This document shows, one piece after another, positions 50,565 through 64,000 of a stretch of DNA of 64,000 nt. The notes below the pieces were generated by a model. The model was given only the letters and a program-made list of their open reading frames with translations. It searched no databases and had not been told where the DNA came from. The first letter of the stretch is position 1. Each line of letters opens with the position of its first letter. The DNA lies in assembly GCA_964270895.1 (NCBI GenBank), contig OZ185445.1, one strand, 5' to 3'. A program made the position numbers and the translations under genes. This stretch comes from Podarcis filfolensis. Lineage: Eukaryota.

Positions 50565-50670
50565 ATGTACAACACTGTCTGGAACATGGAAGAACTGGAC
50601 ATAGACTATCCTAGGACAGATATAAATTGTGGCACGGATTTGATGTTTTACATAGAAATGGACCCACCAG
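50565..50670 (+). CDS. PIK3R1: Alternative first coding exon of the p55-alpha isoform
   Basis: MYNTVWNMEELDIDYPRTDINCGTDLMFYIEMDPP with YXXM motif (YIEM); donor CAG|GTAACG at 50671, phase 1, compatible with exon 8. Confidence 0.96.
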
Positions 50671-52018
50671 GTAACGCTGCAGCATTACTGTCGGAGGCTG
50701 GCATATTCCGGATGCCACAAAAGCTGCTCTCAGAGCAGAACTGGGATTTGGGGGTTAACTTGCTGCTGTTAAGTTGCTGAATTAAATTATCTTTAGTGCA
50801 TGGGAAAAAAAGAAGACAGCAAGGGTTATTGTTCAGAATTCTCTTCGGCTTGCTTAATGAAACTGTAATTGTCATGTGATTTCTGTTTTTAGTTTTTTCC
50901 TCTCACCTGTAGGTCTGTTTGTTATACTGTACAGTAAAAATAGCCCTGCTTTGTGTGTCTTGATGTCAGGCAGAAAATGCTGTAAAAAGCTGCTTTTTTT
51001 CTCAAAACAATGACGGCGTTTTAAATTATTGGGCACTGTTATTAAATGTTAGGTGTCACCATTTCTACTTTCATTTAGCACAGGCTAGGAAGATCAATGG
51101 GCTGCATCAAACCTTTGAAAATACAGCATTCATTTTGATGTACATCTTTTTTCCACATGCATTGTTGTAGATAAATGAGTTTGGAGTTTCCGTTAAAGTA
51201 AATAACTTGATTTAATTTTTATTTAGTCCCGATTCCCCACCCCCACCCCCATTTTTAGCTAGTAAGCCAGAAATCCTGCAGTATCTTCTCTGGCACCCAC
51301 TGGTGTCTGCATGCAGGTTTGACATTGAGAAACAGGACTGGGGTTTTTTGAAAAATCAGTATTGCCGTTTGGAGCAGTTTTATCCTATAGAATGCTAAGA
51401 TTAGAACCAGGGATATTTGGGTCACAGATGGACTCCTTAAAGTGTATTTTGGCAGGATCAGAGGATCAGAGAAACCCAATTCTTTCCCTATAGCAGTGCT
51501 GTGTAATTTCCCAGTTGTTATTAGCCACAGCGGTGTCGAATCTAGAAAGCAGCATAATTCCCCTTGGATGATTAAATCAGTATGTGTCTGTAAGCGTGTG
51601 TGTGGAGTGTAGCATAATTTTAATACATCAAATGATAGAAAGATGTGAGTACCAGGGATGGGAAATGAGGTGCAAAACTTCAGTTTATATCTTTCCAAGT
51701 CCAAATTGCAATTTGTGCTACGATGGGAGTGGGGGGAGGAGCTCGCCCTGGCTGAGAGCACAGGACTTTTAGGTAACCAAGGCTGCAATCATATGCACAC
51801 TTATCTAGAGGAAACCATGTTGAATGCAGTGGGGCTTACATTTAAGCAGATGCATAGGATTGTGTTGAAATTATAGAGGCTTACTAAAGGAATTAAGCTT
51901 GTTTCCTGGCAGGAGAGGGAGAAGTTTCAAAAGCAGTGCTGATTAAAAACAAATAAATGAAATCAAAGCTGAAATAATTTTCTTCTTCTCAATGGATTTA
52001 AGTTGATTGTCATTTTAG

Positions 52019-52186
<168 letters not shown>

Positions 52187-52695
52187 TAAGGACACCTTTT
52201 ATCTTGCTAATTATATATGCACATTTTTAGCACATTCTCTATTTGATAGGAAATGCTTAAAACATTGAAGCACAGGTTTCAGTTGCAATGCTTTTAAAGA
52301 GTTAAAAAGTATATATTTGCAAACCAGAAGTACAAAACATGCCACAGCTATATTCTGTTAAAACATTTTCTCTGCTGGTTACTTACAACAGGAAACAACT
52401 GTTTTGCAAATGTATCAAGAGCACCAATGTTTGTTTTTACATCTAAAGCTCTTTGAAATTCATACAAAAGAATAAGAATACAACTGCTAGCAGTTCACAT
52501 TTTCGTACATACAGGAGAAAGTAGTCTATTACTGAGTTCTCTTGCTATAAACTTCTTGGAACAAGTGGGAGGTCAGTTCATAGAATAACAGAACTTGGCA
52601 GGTTTTCATATGAAAACTTCCTCATACTTTGACTGTACTGAATAAAAAAGAAAAAGGGAGAAAATAGGTTAGTACTGAAAGGCTAGCATTTTTAG

Positions 52696-52830
<135 letters not shown>

Positions 52831-52917
52831 TAAATATCGTTGCATCATCCTGTTATTTACTGAAGTGCATTTTACATGGCTGGATTTAAGAAACATTTTC
52901 CTCATGAAGATGACTGA

Positions 52918-53160
<243 letters not shown>

Positions 53161-54280
53161 TAAGTACAAAAATATTGTAAGATTGTCTTCTAACAAAATG
53201 AATGTATGTGTATCTGTGAAGGATAGGAATTGGGGTGGGGATGGGGGCATGGTTACTGTTTAACGTAACATTTAAGTGCTCACTGACCCTAACCCATGTT
53301 AACCTCATCAGATTCAAGAGTAGGTTTTTGCCTACAAGGAAAAGCTCGTGCCCACTAAATCTGTTAGTCTAAGTTGCCATGGGGTGTTTTGCTAGTACAG
53401 ACTAACACAGCTCCTCTTCTGGAATGTGCACTTTTATATAAATAACTGTCTCATTTATAAGTGGATCTGCAAGTCTTGGGTGTGCATCTGGATGCAGTTG
53501 CAGGCTGGAAATGACCAAGACTGAGACTGGATCCTGGAAAGAGAGATACCCTGTGGGTGGGCATTCCCTGGTCTGGGAAAATGGCCATTGGCCTGTTCTG
53601 AATGGGGTCACTTACCCTTTGAAGGAGCGGGTTCATGGTCTGGGGCTACACAGTGATACAACCTTGTCATTAGATGCTCAGATGTATCAGTGGCTACACG
53701 TGGCTTCTACCAGCTGTGAATGTTACTGGGCAGGTACAATCTGGCCACAGCAGTCCATGTACTAGTAACCTCAATGAGTGCTGCAATGCACTAGATGTGG
53801 GTTGCTCTTGAGTTTGGTCCAGAAGTTCTAATAATGGTGCAGAATACTGCTGTTGCTACGATGTTGCCATCTGCTGTTGTTTTTGTATATATTTTTTACT
53901 TATTTATTTGTTTTATGTACACAGCTTTTGGTATTTTTTGTAATGTGAGTGGTTTATAAATCTATTAAAATGAAAAGTTGCTGATTTGAATAGTGGTGCA
54001 CATTTCAGGAGCTCTGTAAATGGCATAAACATCTTGGACTAATAGGCTAATCACGACACGAGCTTTTTCTTGTAAGCAAGAAGAACGAGCCGTTGCATTT
54101 AATAAACACATGAGCTCATTCCACAATAAAATGCATGGGGTATACATCTGTTTTCGGTGGCAACATTGTAAGCAATGCATTCTGTCATGTGCAGAATCCA
54201 TGGACGTTCATTCAGTCAAAATTTCTTGGCTGATCGCTGGTGATGAGGGGGGCTGCTGCATTATGCATGCCTGTCTCTAG

Positions 54281-54517
<237 letters not shown>

Positions 54518-55744
54518 TGAACTCAGTCTATAAAGCACTCTGCCACAGTGGGGCCTCTTCATTTCAGTAGGAATTATAACAGGAGCGTTCTGAGGTTAAA
54601 TCTTCTTGACATTTGTAAAAGTGCTACGATGACCTTTGAGTGCATGTTTTGAAAGGACGAAAAGTGTACGGTTTGAATAGTGGAGCAGCTTGCCGCTGTT
54701 TCACTCTTCATTTGCTTGGCCAGTGTCCTGCTTGTCTGGTCACATCCAGGAGCACTAGCACAATAGTAATTAATAAATTTTACAGTAAAGATTATATGCT
54801 GTTTGAATAAGACAGCTAGACACAGCAGGAAAATTGACATTATCTATACAGAGACTAGATTTTACTAGTGTGAGTAAACCGCTCTGTTGATATGGGAGGA
54901 ATCTTCTACTTCTTAAAGTTTTGGATATGCCTTTGAAAAAAATATTATTTCTGGGTTATAGTAACACTATCGTTTTGTGTTTTATGTCTGCACACACAAC
55001 TCACTTGTAATTTTACTATACCTGGTTTCGGACTAATGCTTATATTCGTGATAATAATGACTTCCCCAGCAAGAAATATGTTTTAAATAATGATGCTCTA
55101 TTTCTTATCAGAATAACATAGTTGCAGGTATATGAACACTGTACTGTTAGTACTCTTGAAGGACTTCAACTTAGCCACTGGAGTCAGGAACAGTATCTAG
55201 ACTGAACTTAATGCTTTATGGTACTGTCACTAGTAAACCATTGGTTTTAGTGTTTATTATAGCCAAAATAAAACCGGGAAAGCTAACCAATTGCTCAGAC
55301 GAACTCAATATTAGAGTAAAGTGTTCCTGCAATTGAAAATAGTGATGATGCTGAGTATATATTGGGCTGGATCCAGCCTGGAAGTTGAACTAAGTTCCTA
55401 TTGAAATCAGCAGACCTACAGTTAGGAACAAAACACAACTAATTTAGTACACATCCACCCCATAGTATATAGATATATAAATGTCTTTATTACCTTTGCT
55501 GTAAACCTACAAAAATGCAGTGAACAAATGATGGGATTGATAGAACTACTTTAGATGTGCCCTGCAGAAGTTTTGACCTTTTCTCTTTGAACACCTGCTT
55601 TTGAATATCCCTGCAGTTTAGTTTGCCATGTGGTGGTAGCAGTGGGTTGAGGGGCAGGGCTGCTGTTCAAAAAACACACACCAGCCCACAGCACCCTTGG
55701 GCACATAGAACTAGTTGCTTGGTTCCTTGGATCTCAGCCAAGGC

Positions 55745-55939
55745 AGGGTGGTAGCTCATTGGTAGAGCACATACATCCTTTGCCTGTAGCAGGTCCTAGG
55801 TTCACTCGCTAGCATCCTCAGGTAAGGCTGGAAAAGACTCCTCTATGAAATTGTGGAGATCCACTGCCAGCTAGAGCAGACAGTACACAGCTTGCTGGAC
55901 CACTGGTCTGATTTCAATACACGGCAACTTCCTGTGTTC
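55745..55939 (+). mobile_element. tRNA-derived SINE (Squam3-like)
   Basis: gtagctcattggtagagcac (A box)...ggttcactcgctagcatcctcaggtaaggctggaaaagactcc...ggaccactggtctga...ggcaacttcctgtgttc. Confidence 0.7.
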
Positions 55940-56114
55940 TCCAACCAAAGTTGATTTTTCAGGCATCAAAAAGAAAGACATGTAGGCAACCACCCTTGCT
56001 ACTTTATTGGCATTAAAAAAAAAAACCCCAATCACAAATGTGCTTCAGGTATAGAACATCCAGCCCCTTTCTGAATTTTGCAGAAACTGAAATTGCAGCT
56101 TTTCTCCCCTCTAG

Positions 56115-56297
<183 letters not shown>

Positions 56298-56341
56298 TAA
56301 AGAAACTGCAAGCCTGAGCAGTGCGTTAAGAATCTACCTAG

Positions 56342-56548
<207 letters not shown>

Positions 56549-56623
56549 TAAGTGCCTATGAGTTGCCAGATTTTTAAGTGTACTACTTCAATTTGAGTCC
56601 ATTTTTAATGCGTATTACCATGA

Positions 56624-56722
<99 letters not shown>

Positions 56723-57983
56723 TAAGCATCCATAGTCTTTTTGAGCACTTGTATTATGCCAGTTAAATGATGACTCTATACATTTTCATTGATGGAATAT
56801 GAATCTTGTAGTGTAGGGACTGTGATACTTGGTCTCTTCAAGAAGGCTAGCTTGGGCATCAATTTTACATTTTAGGCTAGTGGAGAGCTAAGAGTTGAAT
56901 CCTTAGCAATTTCATATTTTGTAAAAGAGGCTAAGGCGTCTGATTCTCCCACAGCCTTGATACCACAAGGTGGTTATCCTTTTGTCCATCTTAATCCTAG
57001 GGAAGTAGAGGAGATAGTCAAACTTTCATCTAGTTTTCTATCTACATAGAGGTCTGTGGCACCTCCTGTTCTTTTCAATAAAGAGCAGCTCTCAGTTTAC
57101 TATGACAATTGCAACCACATTATATTACTATTACTATTGAACCCACAATAGTGATTTTGCAGCAGCAGCTAAAGCCTTAGATGTTTGGAGCAAGTAAATG
57201 AGAAGTAAACTTTGTGTGCTAGCTCTGTTGGAAAGGTATTTGCTATGCTGCTGCTGAGCATTCCAGAATGTGTTTTCAGTAAACCAGCAAAATAAGGCAG
57301 ATTCTAAATTCATAGAGGAATGCTTTTAAATAACACCAAGATGAGATTGGGGGAGAAGCAGTGGGGTTTTTTTTTACTCCCTGTTAGCAGGAACAGTCTG
57401 CATTAATCTAGGGCTTGCTCCACTTTATTTATAAGACACATTTGTGATTATGGATCGCAATCTGTGTTTTGGGTGAATGCATAGTCTTGTTTGAAAACCA
57501 GAGCCATTTTAGTGGACCCAAAGCCAACTCATGTTGAACTGTTTTGTGCTGACAGCAGGGCAGCACCATTAGTGATGGCAGTACTTGAGAACTTCTCAGT
57601 CATGTTGGCTTAGGTCCAGGCTCCATTCTCACTGGTGGGGGAAGAGAGATGGCTTACCTGTTCACTCCACCTTCCACCACGCAGCCTCCTTGACATTACT
57701 CACATTGATCTAGACAGTTGGAAGGAGACTTTCCGCCCATGGAAGGCAGTCTGGAACCAACCTGTTAAAAAATAATAATAACTGGGTTGTTAAAATAATG
57801 TGAAGCTGACAAGAATCCTCCTCATTTTGTTGCCACATGGCAAAAGTTGTAGGCAGAAATTTGTACATCCTGTAGACTCAGGAAAGCAATTCTGTAGTTT
57901 GTGTCTTACAATATTTGGAAGACAGTCATGATGATTAGGAAATTAATTTCTTCAAATTAAAGCCTGAATCTTGCCCTCATGTA

Positions 57984-58226
57984 CAGTCGCACCTCTTGTT
58001 ACATCAGTCTCCGGTTGCGTTTTTTCAGGATACGAACGCAGCAAACCCAGAAGTGTATACTTCCGGGTTTCGCCGCACGCACATAAACGCTCTGTGCATC
58101 TCGCCCATGTGTAGAAGTGCTCTATCGCGCCGCACACATGTGCAGAAGCAGCGCTGTAGTTGCAGACTGTTCAGGGTGCAAACGGCAACCCAGAACGGAT
58201 CAAGTCCGTAACTAGAGGTACCACTG
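57984..58226 (+). mobile_element. Tc1/mariner MITE, family B, 131 bp upstream of exon 15
   Basis: TA|CAGTCGCACCTCTTGTTAC...GTAACTAGAGGTACCACTG|TA; shares gcacatgtgcagaagc core with 642-854. Confidence 0.78.
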
Positions 58227-58357
58227 TATTTGAGAATGCTGATGGGGCCAACGTTTGCAGTCCTGAATTAAATAATTTGGGTGCAAGTGTAATAAATATA
58301 TTAGAAGTTAATTTCATCTGGTTCGTAACTATTACATGTTGCTTCTCCTCCCAATAG

Positions 58358-58528
58358 GCAATATTCTATGGTGGAAGATGACGAGGATTTGCCTCATCAT
58401 GATGAGCGAACATGGAATGTAGGAAATATCAACAGAGGCCAAGCAGAAAATTTGCTGCGTGGGAAAAGGGATGGCACATTCCTTATTCGGGAAAGTAGCA
58501 AGCCGGGTTGCTCTGCGTGCTCCGTTGT
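58358..58528 (+). CDS. PIK3R1: PIK3R1 exon 15 (S608 region and start of cSH2)
   Basis: [57 protein letters not shown]; 171 nt; donor GT|GTATGT. Confidence 0.97.
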
Positions 58529-58831
58529 GTATGTATCCAAATGTTTTACCCTATTTCTAAAGCAGTGGGACATGTAACATCCTCAATTCCATTAAAAATT
58601 CTCCATCTTGCAACACTGGGCAGAATTCAGCATCACACTCGTACAATTGTTCTGTCAGCATAAGGAGTGACTTCTTGCCAGATGGAACAAACTCTCCTAC
58701 CCCTGTGTGCTTTTCTGGGGGATCTCCCAACCTCTCCAGAGCCAATTGGGCAGGAGGAAGGAGAGAAGGGGAACCCTCGCTGTTCTAGCGGGACTCGCAT
58801 TTGAATCTGACTAATAATGTTTGAGGTATCT

Positions 58832-58940
58832 GGGATACCTCAGTTGGTAGAGCATGAGACTCTTACATTCAAGGTTGTGGGTTCGAGCCCCTTGTTGGGC
58901 AAATGATTCCTGAACCTCATGATCCCTCCCAGTTCTCTGA
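58832..58940 (+). mobile_element. Truncated tRNA-Lys(CUU)-headed SINE
   Basis: ctcagttggtagagcatgagactcttacattcaaggttgtgggttcgagccccttgttgggcaaatgattcctg. Confidence 0.75.
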
Positions 58941-59324
58941 GGATATTGTCCTGAATCTTAACATTTTAATATTATCAGTTACCAACATTTGTGGATCTTT
59001 TGTACCCACCTATGTGCTCTCCTCCCCGCCTAATCTCTCTTAGTTATATGCTTATCTGCTCTGCTGGTGGAGAAGACCCCAACAGCCAGTGTAATTTGCT
59101 TGGCCATGCTCCCCTCACAATCCCATACTTGTTTCCTTGAGTAGCCATTTTTTTATATTCTTACTCTGCCAACCAATATGTTTTGCACTTTTAGGCCTAG
59201 CTTCACTTCTGAGTGAAGGCCGGTTGTTGACATAAAGATGAGCGATTAATGACTTGAATACGAATTAAAGTAAAAATGTTCAAACTTTATTCAGTGATAC
59301 GAAATGTTTTTGAATAATAGTGTC

Positions 59325-59405
59325 ATCCTATACATGTTTACTTTGAGGTAAGCTCCATTGAATTCAGTGGGACTTCCAGGGGTATATGTATAGGATTGCA
59401 GCCAA
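59325..59405. mobile_element. Short palindromic MITE (related copies at ~3640-3760, ~3868-3958, ~4535-4620, ~15725-15835, ~27660-27750, ~55370-55450)
   Basis: catcctatacatgtttac...gtaagctccattga...gtatatgtataggattg; recurring atcct/aggat ends with a gtaagcccattgaa core. Confidence 0.5.
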
Positions 59406-59644
59406 AGTTCAAGAAATATTCTGAGAGATGTTGAAATTATTTCAGAGAAAAGGGGAACTTTAGGTTATCCGTATGTGGAGCTACAAAATCAAAAAATATT
59501 ATTAGTTAAAGGCGAGTGGAGCAGTGGGAGTAATTTTAGGTTATATAGTAATAATGGAACAAAAGATTTTTTTATTTTCTCATTTTAAGGATAACTTAAA
59601 ATAAGAAGGATGTACCTAAAAAATATCTTTCTCTCTTCTTTTAG

Positions 59645-59834
59645 TGTGGATGGTGAAGTGAAGCATTGTGTTATCAACGAAACGCCTACTGGGTTTGGAT
59701 TTGCAGAGCCATATAACTTGTACAACTCGCTGAAAGAACTGGTGCTACATTATCAACACACATCGCTAGTGCAACACAATGACTCTCTCAATGTCACACT
59801 AGCCTATCCAGTATATGCACAGCAGAGGCGATGA
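59645..59834 (+). CDS. PIK3R1: PIK3R1 exon 16 coding part (cSH2 and stop)
   Basis: [63 protein letters not shown]; 190 nt; TGA at 59832-59834. Confidence 0.98.
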
Positions 59835-62810
59835 AGATGTTAATAATACTCTGGGGTTTGTCTCTTTCTATTAAAACACCCACAAAGATCATTCAACAAT
59901 CTTGAGGCCTCTAGGTAGAGAATGCTCTTGAGTTGGAGCTAAAGTGTCAAAGCCATCTGTCTTCAGATGGGACTGAAGCTTTCTTCGCAACCGCAGTGGG
60001 AGAGAATGCAGTTTTAAGAGCTGCGAACACACATTTCTAATCTAAAGTGCTTTCTTTTTTAGAGGAAAAAAAAACTAAGCAGAAGGCAAAACACATCAAA
60101 AGAGAAGTGCTATACCTGTCTCCCTGCAGGGACATAGAGGCCTTTAACCATGGTGCTTGCTGACCACCTCGTCGAAGCTTTAAGAGCTCAAATGTTGGAA
60201 CTCTGAAGACTCCAAAGTGCAGCAGGGGCTGTGTAAAGTGGCGTCAGAATTTCTCCGTTGCGACTTGGGTGATGTGGTTGCGCACAGAGGATGCGGATTG
60301 CCAGTTTTGTGGATTGCTGGTTTTCTGGCGAATGATATGTAGCAGAGCGGCACTTTCACGTTTTAAGGGACGCTTTAGAAGACACTTTAAAACAGACGTG
60401 GGTAACATAAGTGCCAGGAAGTGTTTTTGTTTAGACATTTAAATTCCTGTTTTAAGAAGATATTTAAGACTGAATAAAACTGGACTTTTATGGCATACAG
60501 TATATATAATATGTACATAGTTCCGGATGACTAAATATCTTAGATGGATACTGTCAATACCAAACTCATTCTGTTCACTATTTGTTTAACCGAAAGCTAA
60601 ATCCTTACACTGCTATGCAATACTTCATTTTCTATAGGCTGTATTTGTTCAAGTGTAACTAGAGGATAAGCTTTTTTCTTTTCTTTTTGTCATCTCAGAA
60701 AGTTCTCTTAATACATATTTTGGTGTTATTTTTCAGTTCGTTCATTATTTCCTCGGCCATTTTTTAAAAAGTAATGTGCAGGATGTCAGTAAAAGGTGGT
60801 TTCAGAATTAAAACTATGAACTATTTTAACAGGGTCCCCCCCACCTCACTTTGTATAGAGAATTGGGCTGCTAGCTCAAGGTTAAAATTCAAGATTTCCT
60901 TCTTGACTAAATATTTTGTTGGGCAGTGCCTGATAAGCTTCAAAGCTGCTTTATTCAATAAAAGAATATATGAACATTGCAAAGTATCACTGAGTCCAAC
61001 AATATTGTTTGAAAAATACCTTCAGATTATGGAATCCCAATATATTTTATTGGGAGAGTTTTAGATTTCTGTGCTGGTTCTGTTTGTATTTGAATGAAGA
61101 CAAATGTCCATCTTGTTTTGAATGCTGCAGAAAAACAGTCAGAAAACATTGGCTACTAGGGTAGTTAAATCAAGTTTAATCCTGTTGATTGACATGTGAA
61201 ATTTTGACCAACAGTTCTAAACACTTCATCAAGATATTTTCCATATCATATGGAAAAATTGTTTTTGGTGGGTGGTTTTTCAACCATGTGTGCATTTGGC
61301 TTCCATATTTCATATTTTTGTGAATAACAGAGTATAATAAGGATAATTTTAGGAAGCCCCGGTTCTGTGACACATATTTCCCACAATTAATCTTTTATTA
61401 CTTTCATATCTCTATGGAGTAAAACAAAAAACAAATACAGTCATCTGAAAAGGCAAACAAATCAGGTACCAATGGATTAAAAGTAATGAAAGAAACATAA
61501 AACCTCATTGTTCTAGTATCTAACCAAATTCTGCATTTCTTGAGCAAAACTTTAAAAATCATAGTTGCGTTTTCTGTTTTACAGATTAGTGTTAAGGAAC
61601 CCCGGAAGTTTTTTTAAAAAAATTTTTTAGTGAATAAGCAAAAAGAAAATAGATATTGTGGAACTTTTTATGGTTTTGACCCATTAGGTAATCAGTGCTT
61701 CTTAAAACAAAGCGCTACGGATTCCTTGCAGATATATCTTTCTTGTTTGGTAACACTATGAATAAATTAGCTTTGTTCCCTCAGTCCTTTTTTTTCCCTA
61801 GTATCTTTATATTTGATGCTGTGAGGAGTTTGTTTATCACTCGTTGGCTTTGCTATTCTGAGGAATGCAGTGTGTTTCAGAAAACTTCAGGGTTCGGCTC
61901 AAACCCCTTTTAAGGCCAGCTGGGGCTTTGCCACCGTGAAGAAGGCTTTGGCGGGAGTTTGGGCTGCCCCTGCAAGCTTAAATCTGCTTTCACTAGAGTA
62001 GTCTCATGAGAGTCAATGGAATTACTCTCAAGTTTACTCAGGTGGAAGTGGGCTGAGAGTCACATTTCATCTCCAGGAGCATTGATCAACAAGAACTATA
62101 CCAATTTTAATCAGTTCCTTTATTCTTCTCCACTCAACAGTAGCGGGGAGGAAACACATGCATTTTGCTCCAGTGATAGTTCTTGGAGGGCAAATTATGA
62201 CTGGTCACTGAATAGCAAGGAGTTTGCTATTGTAATATGACCCGAATGCACTTTGACAGAGATAGTTGTGCATCTGTAGGTTGGCTGCACCTTGTCAAAC
62301 GGAGAGGTGGCGCTGCGAGTTCTGATCACCTGTTTAGAGGGAAGAGAAGGCCAAGCATAAGTCCATTGGGGCAAAGAAAGGTGATGCCTGGATTCAGTCC
62401 TCACACCACCCAAACTAGCCACCCCATTGATCGGCACTGCTCAGTTTGACAGTATCTGCTGTGCACTGTTGCCAATCTTGTTTTGGGAAACCACATGTGC
62501 AGCTTTTGGAGCTGAATACAGCGTCTCAGCCTTGGAAACTGCATAGCAATACCCTTTTTAGTTTGTGGTCCCCAAGCTAGCAGTGGATGCACATGCAAAA
62601 CTCTGCCTCTGTGCGTTGCCTCTCCCTCTCTGGTTTAGGATGCAGAGAGACAGAACCAAACTTCCGAGCTACCAAGATAATTAAACTGGGTTTCTAGAAT
62701 ATGAACTGTCCTGTTTATATCCCGGTGCACCTAAAATGAATACAGCTACTACAGACAAAACAAGTTATGGATTCCTTAACTTGAGGCTTAGGTTTGTTGT
62801 CTCTGATGTT

Positions 62811-62858
<48 letters not shown>

Positions 62859-64000
62859 GGACCACATTCTCACCGCGGTTTTCAGCATGAAGTGAAACTT
62901 TACTCCCAAGTTTCCCATGTATTCAAACAACCTGGAAGAAGCAGGCTGGATGGTGTTCTGAGGTGTATTTTAATGTTCGGATTTTATCGTTTTGTGTGTC
63001 GTTGGCTGCCCTGGAGATTCTTTGTGCCATTTGGCAGAAGATGCATTGCAAATAAAATAGAGAAATGCTGTTAATTGGAAGTTTGTATAAAGGGGGAGTG
63101 CTTTCTTCTTGTTTTTTTACAAGGAGGAAAAATTGAGTCTAGATCACTATTTCCTATTATAAAAGAGAAATGGAAGAAGTCTGCTGTATTCAATCATGGT
63201 ACTTAACTGAGCATATTTCAATGTCTCTAACTTTTATTGAAAAAGGAACACACAACCTTCCCCACCCCTCCTGCCCTTCAGACTAGGGAAGAGTGAATGA
63301 TCTGGATGCACCTGATTTCAAATTCCAGCAACTTGGTTCAAAGACAGAGGGAGCTTGGGAAAGGTCATGTTTCTAGATTTTGTTTTAATGTGTCAAGCCA
63401 AATCTTATGTTTCAGTGTCAGCTGTTATGTAGAAAAAGTGGCTTTGTCATGTAATTAACAATGAGCATTGATGCTTTGGGGAAAGGGGGGGTCATTCTGA
63501 TGTTTTTCATTGAGAAGAACATTGGTTAGTTTTAACACAGTGCTTTTGCTATGCATGGTATTTGTTTGGGAAAGTGATTCCTAAGGTGGCTTTTGTTCAG
63601 GATCGCTTTCAGAATGGGCAGTTCCAAGCAAAATGCCTCCCATGGGACATGGTTAAAAATGCAATATTCCGTTTTTTAAAAAAAACATACACACAAAGAA
63701 ACCCCACAGATCTTGTAAGATCTGCTTTTAAAATGAGCCAGATACAAAATTAGGAAAAGTTACATTACCATTTGTCCCTATGAGACTGCATTAGCTGCCC
63801 AACATGCTGCTATTTTTATTCTTGGTTTTTTCCCTCCTTAGGAAAAAAAAATAAGCTCTGTTCTGTTAAATGTCTTTAAAACATTAAAAATTTTGTTGTT
63901 TTTAATTTTTGTAAGGGAGGAAGAAGCTAAATGGATCACTTTGTACATTGCCTTTAAAAGGTAAATGCACCTCCTTAAAAGATGCTGGCTTTCTGAAATT
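59835..64000 (+). other. PIK3R1: PIK3R1 3' UTR (about 4 kb) with several candidate poly(A) signals
   Basis: AU-rich and nearly free of transposons; AATAAA at 60473, 60957 and 63051; ATTAAA at 63883; the true end cannot be fixed from sequence. Confidence 0.7.
62813..62856. repeat. (GT)22 microsatellite in the 3' UTR
   Basis: Direct read. Confidence 0.95.

Noticed and set aside
58300-58357. Mammalian p85-alpha 8-aa insertion isoform (D605 to ENFLSCLPS, recalled) from an acceptor 24 nt upstream of exon 15
   Set aside because: No AG at that position; the nearest upstream AGs (58304, 58307) would add 53 or 50 nt out of frame, so this isoform is not encoded here
58529-59644. Intron 15 as a possible U12-type intron (GTATCC near the donor)
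   Set aside because: The donor in frame is GTATGT; the GTATCCAA at +5 lacks the TT of GTATCCTT and no TCCTTAAC branch site precedes the acceptor

Overview
Vertebrate genomic DNA, not prokaryotic. The window holds one essentially complete gene on the + strand: PIK3R1, the class IA PI3K regulatory subunit p85-alpha. It has a CpG-island promoter and probable non-coding exon 1 (~1.2-2.3 kb), then 15 coding exons from ATG 11494 to TGA 59834. All introns are GT-AG. Coding lengths 334/93/75/132/202/80/103/99/181/126/143/177/69/171/190 nt sum to 2175 nt = 724 aa, the same exon lengths I recall for human. Two alternative first coding exons lie in intron 7: p50-alpha (MHSIQ/T, 48409-48424, too short for the ORF track) and p55-alpha (50565-50670). 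A long 3' UTR runs to about the window end. The repeats (TA-flanked Tc1/mariner-pogo MITEs, hAT MITEs with 8-bp TSDs, tRNA-derived SINEs, CR1/L2 fragments, a solo LTR) point to a squamate, probably a lacertid lizard (inference). No new gene system is evident. The best leads are: uORFs in all three isoform leaders, including a 7-codon uORF whose stop overlaps the p85 AUG; a possible translatable exon-2 circRNA (145 aa, SH3-only); two substitutions at normally conserved residues (S83C, Y657S); a 27-bp intronic RNA stem; and nested or inverted young transposons. Comparisons with human are from memory and need checking.
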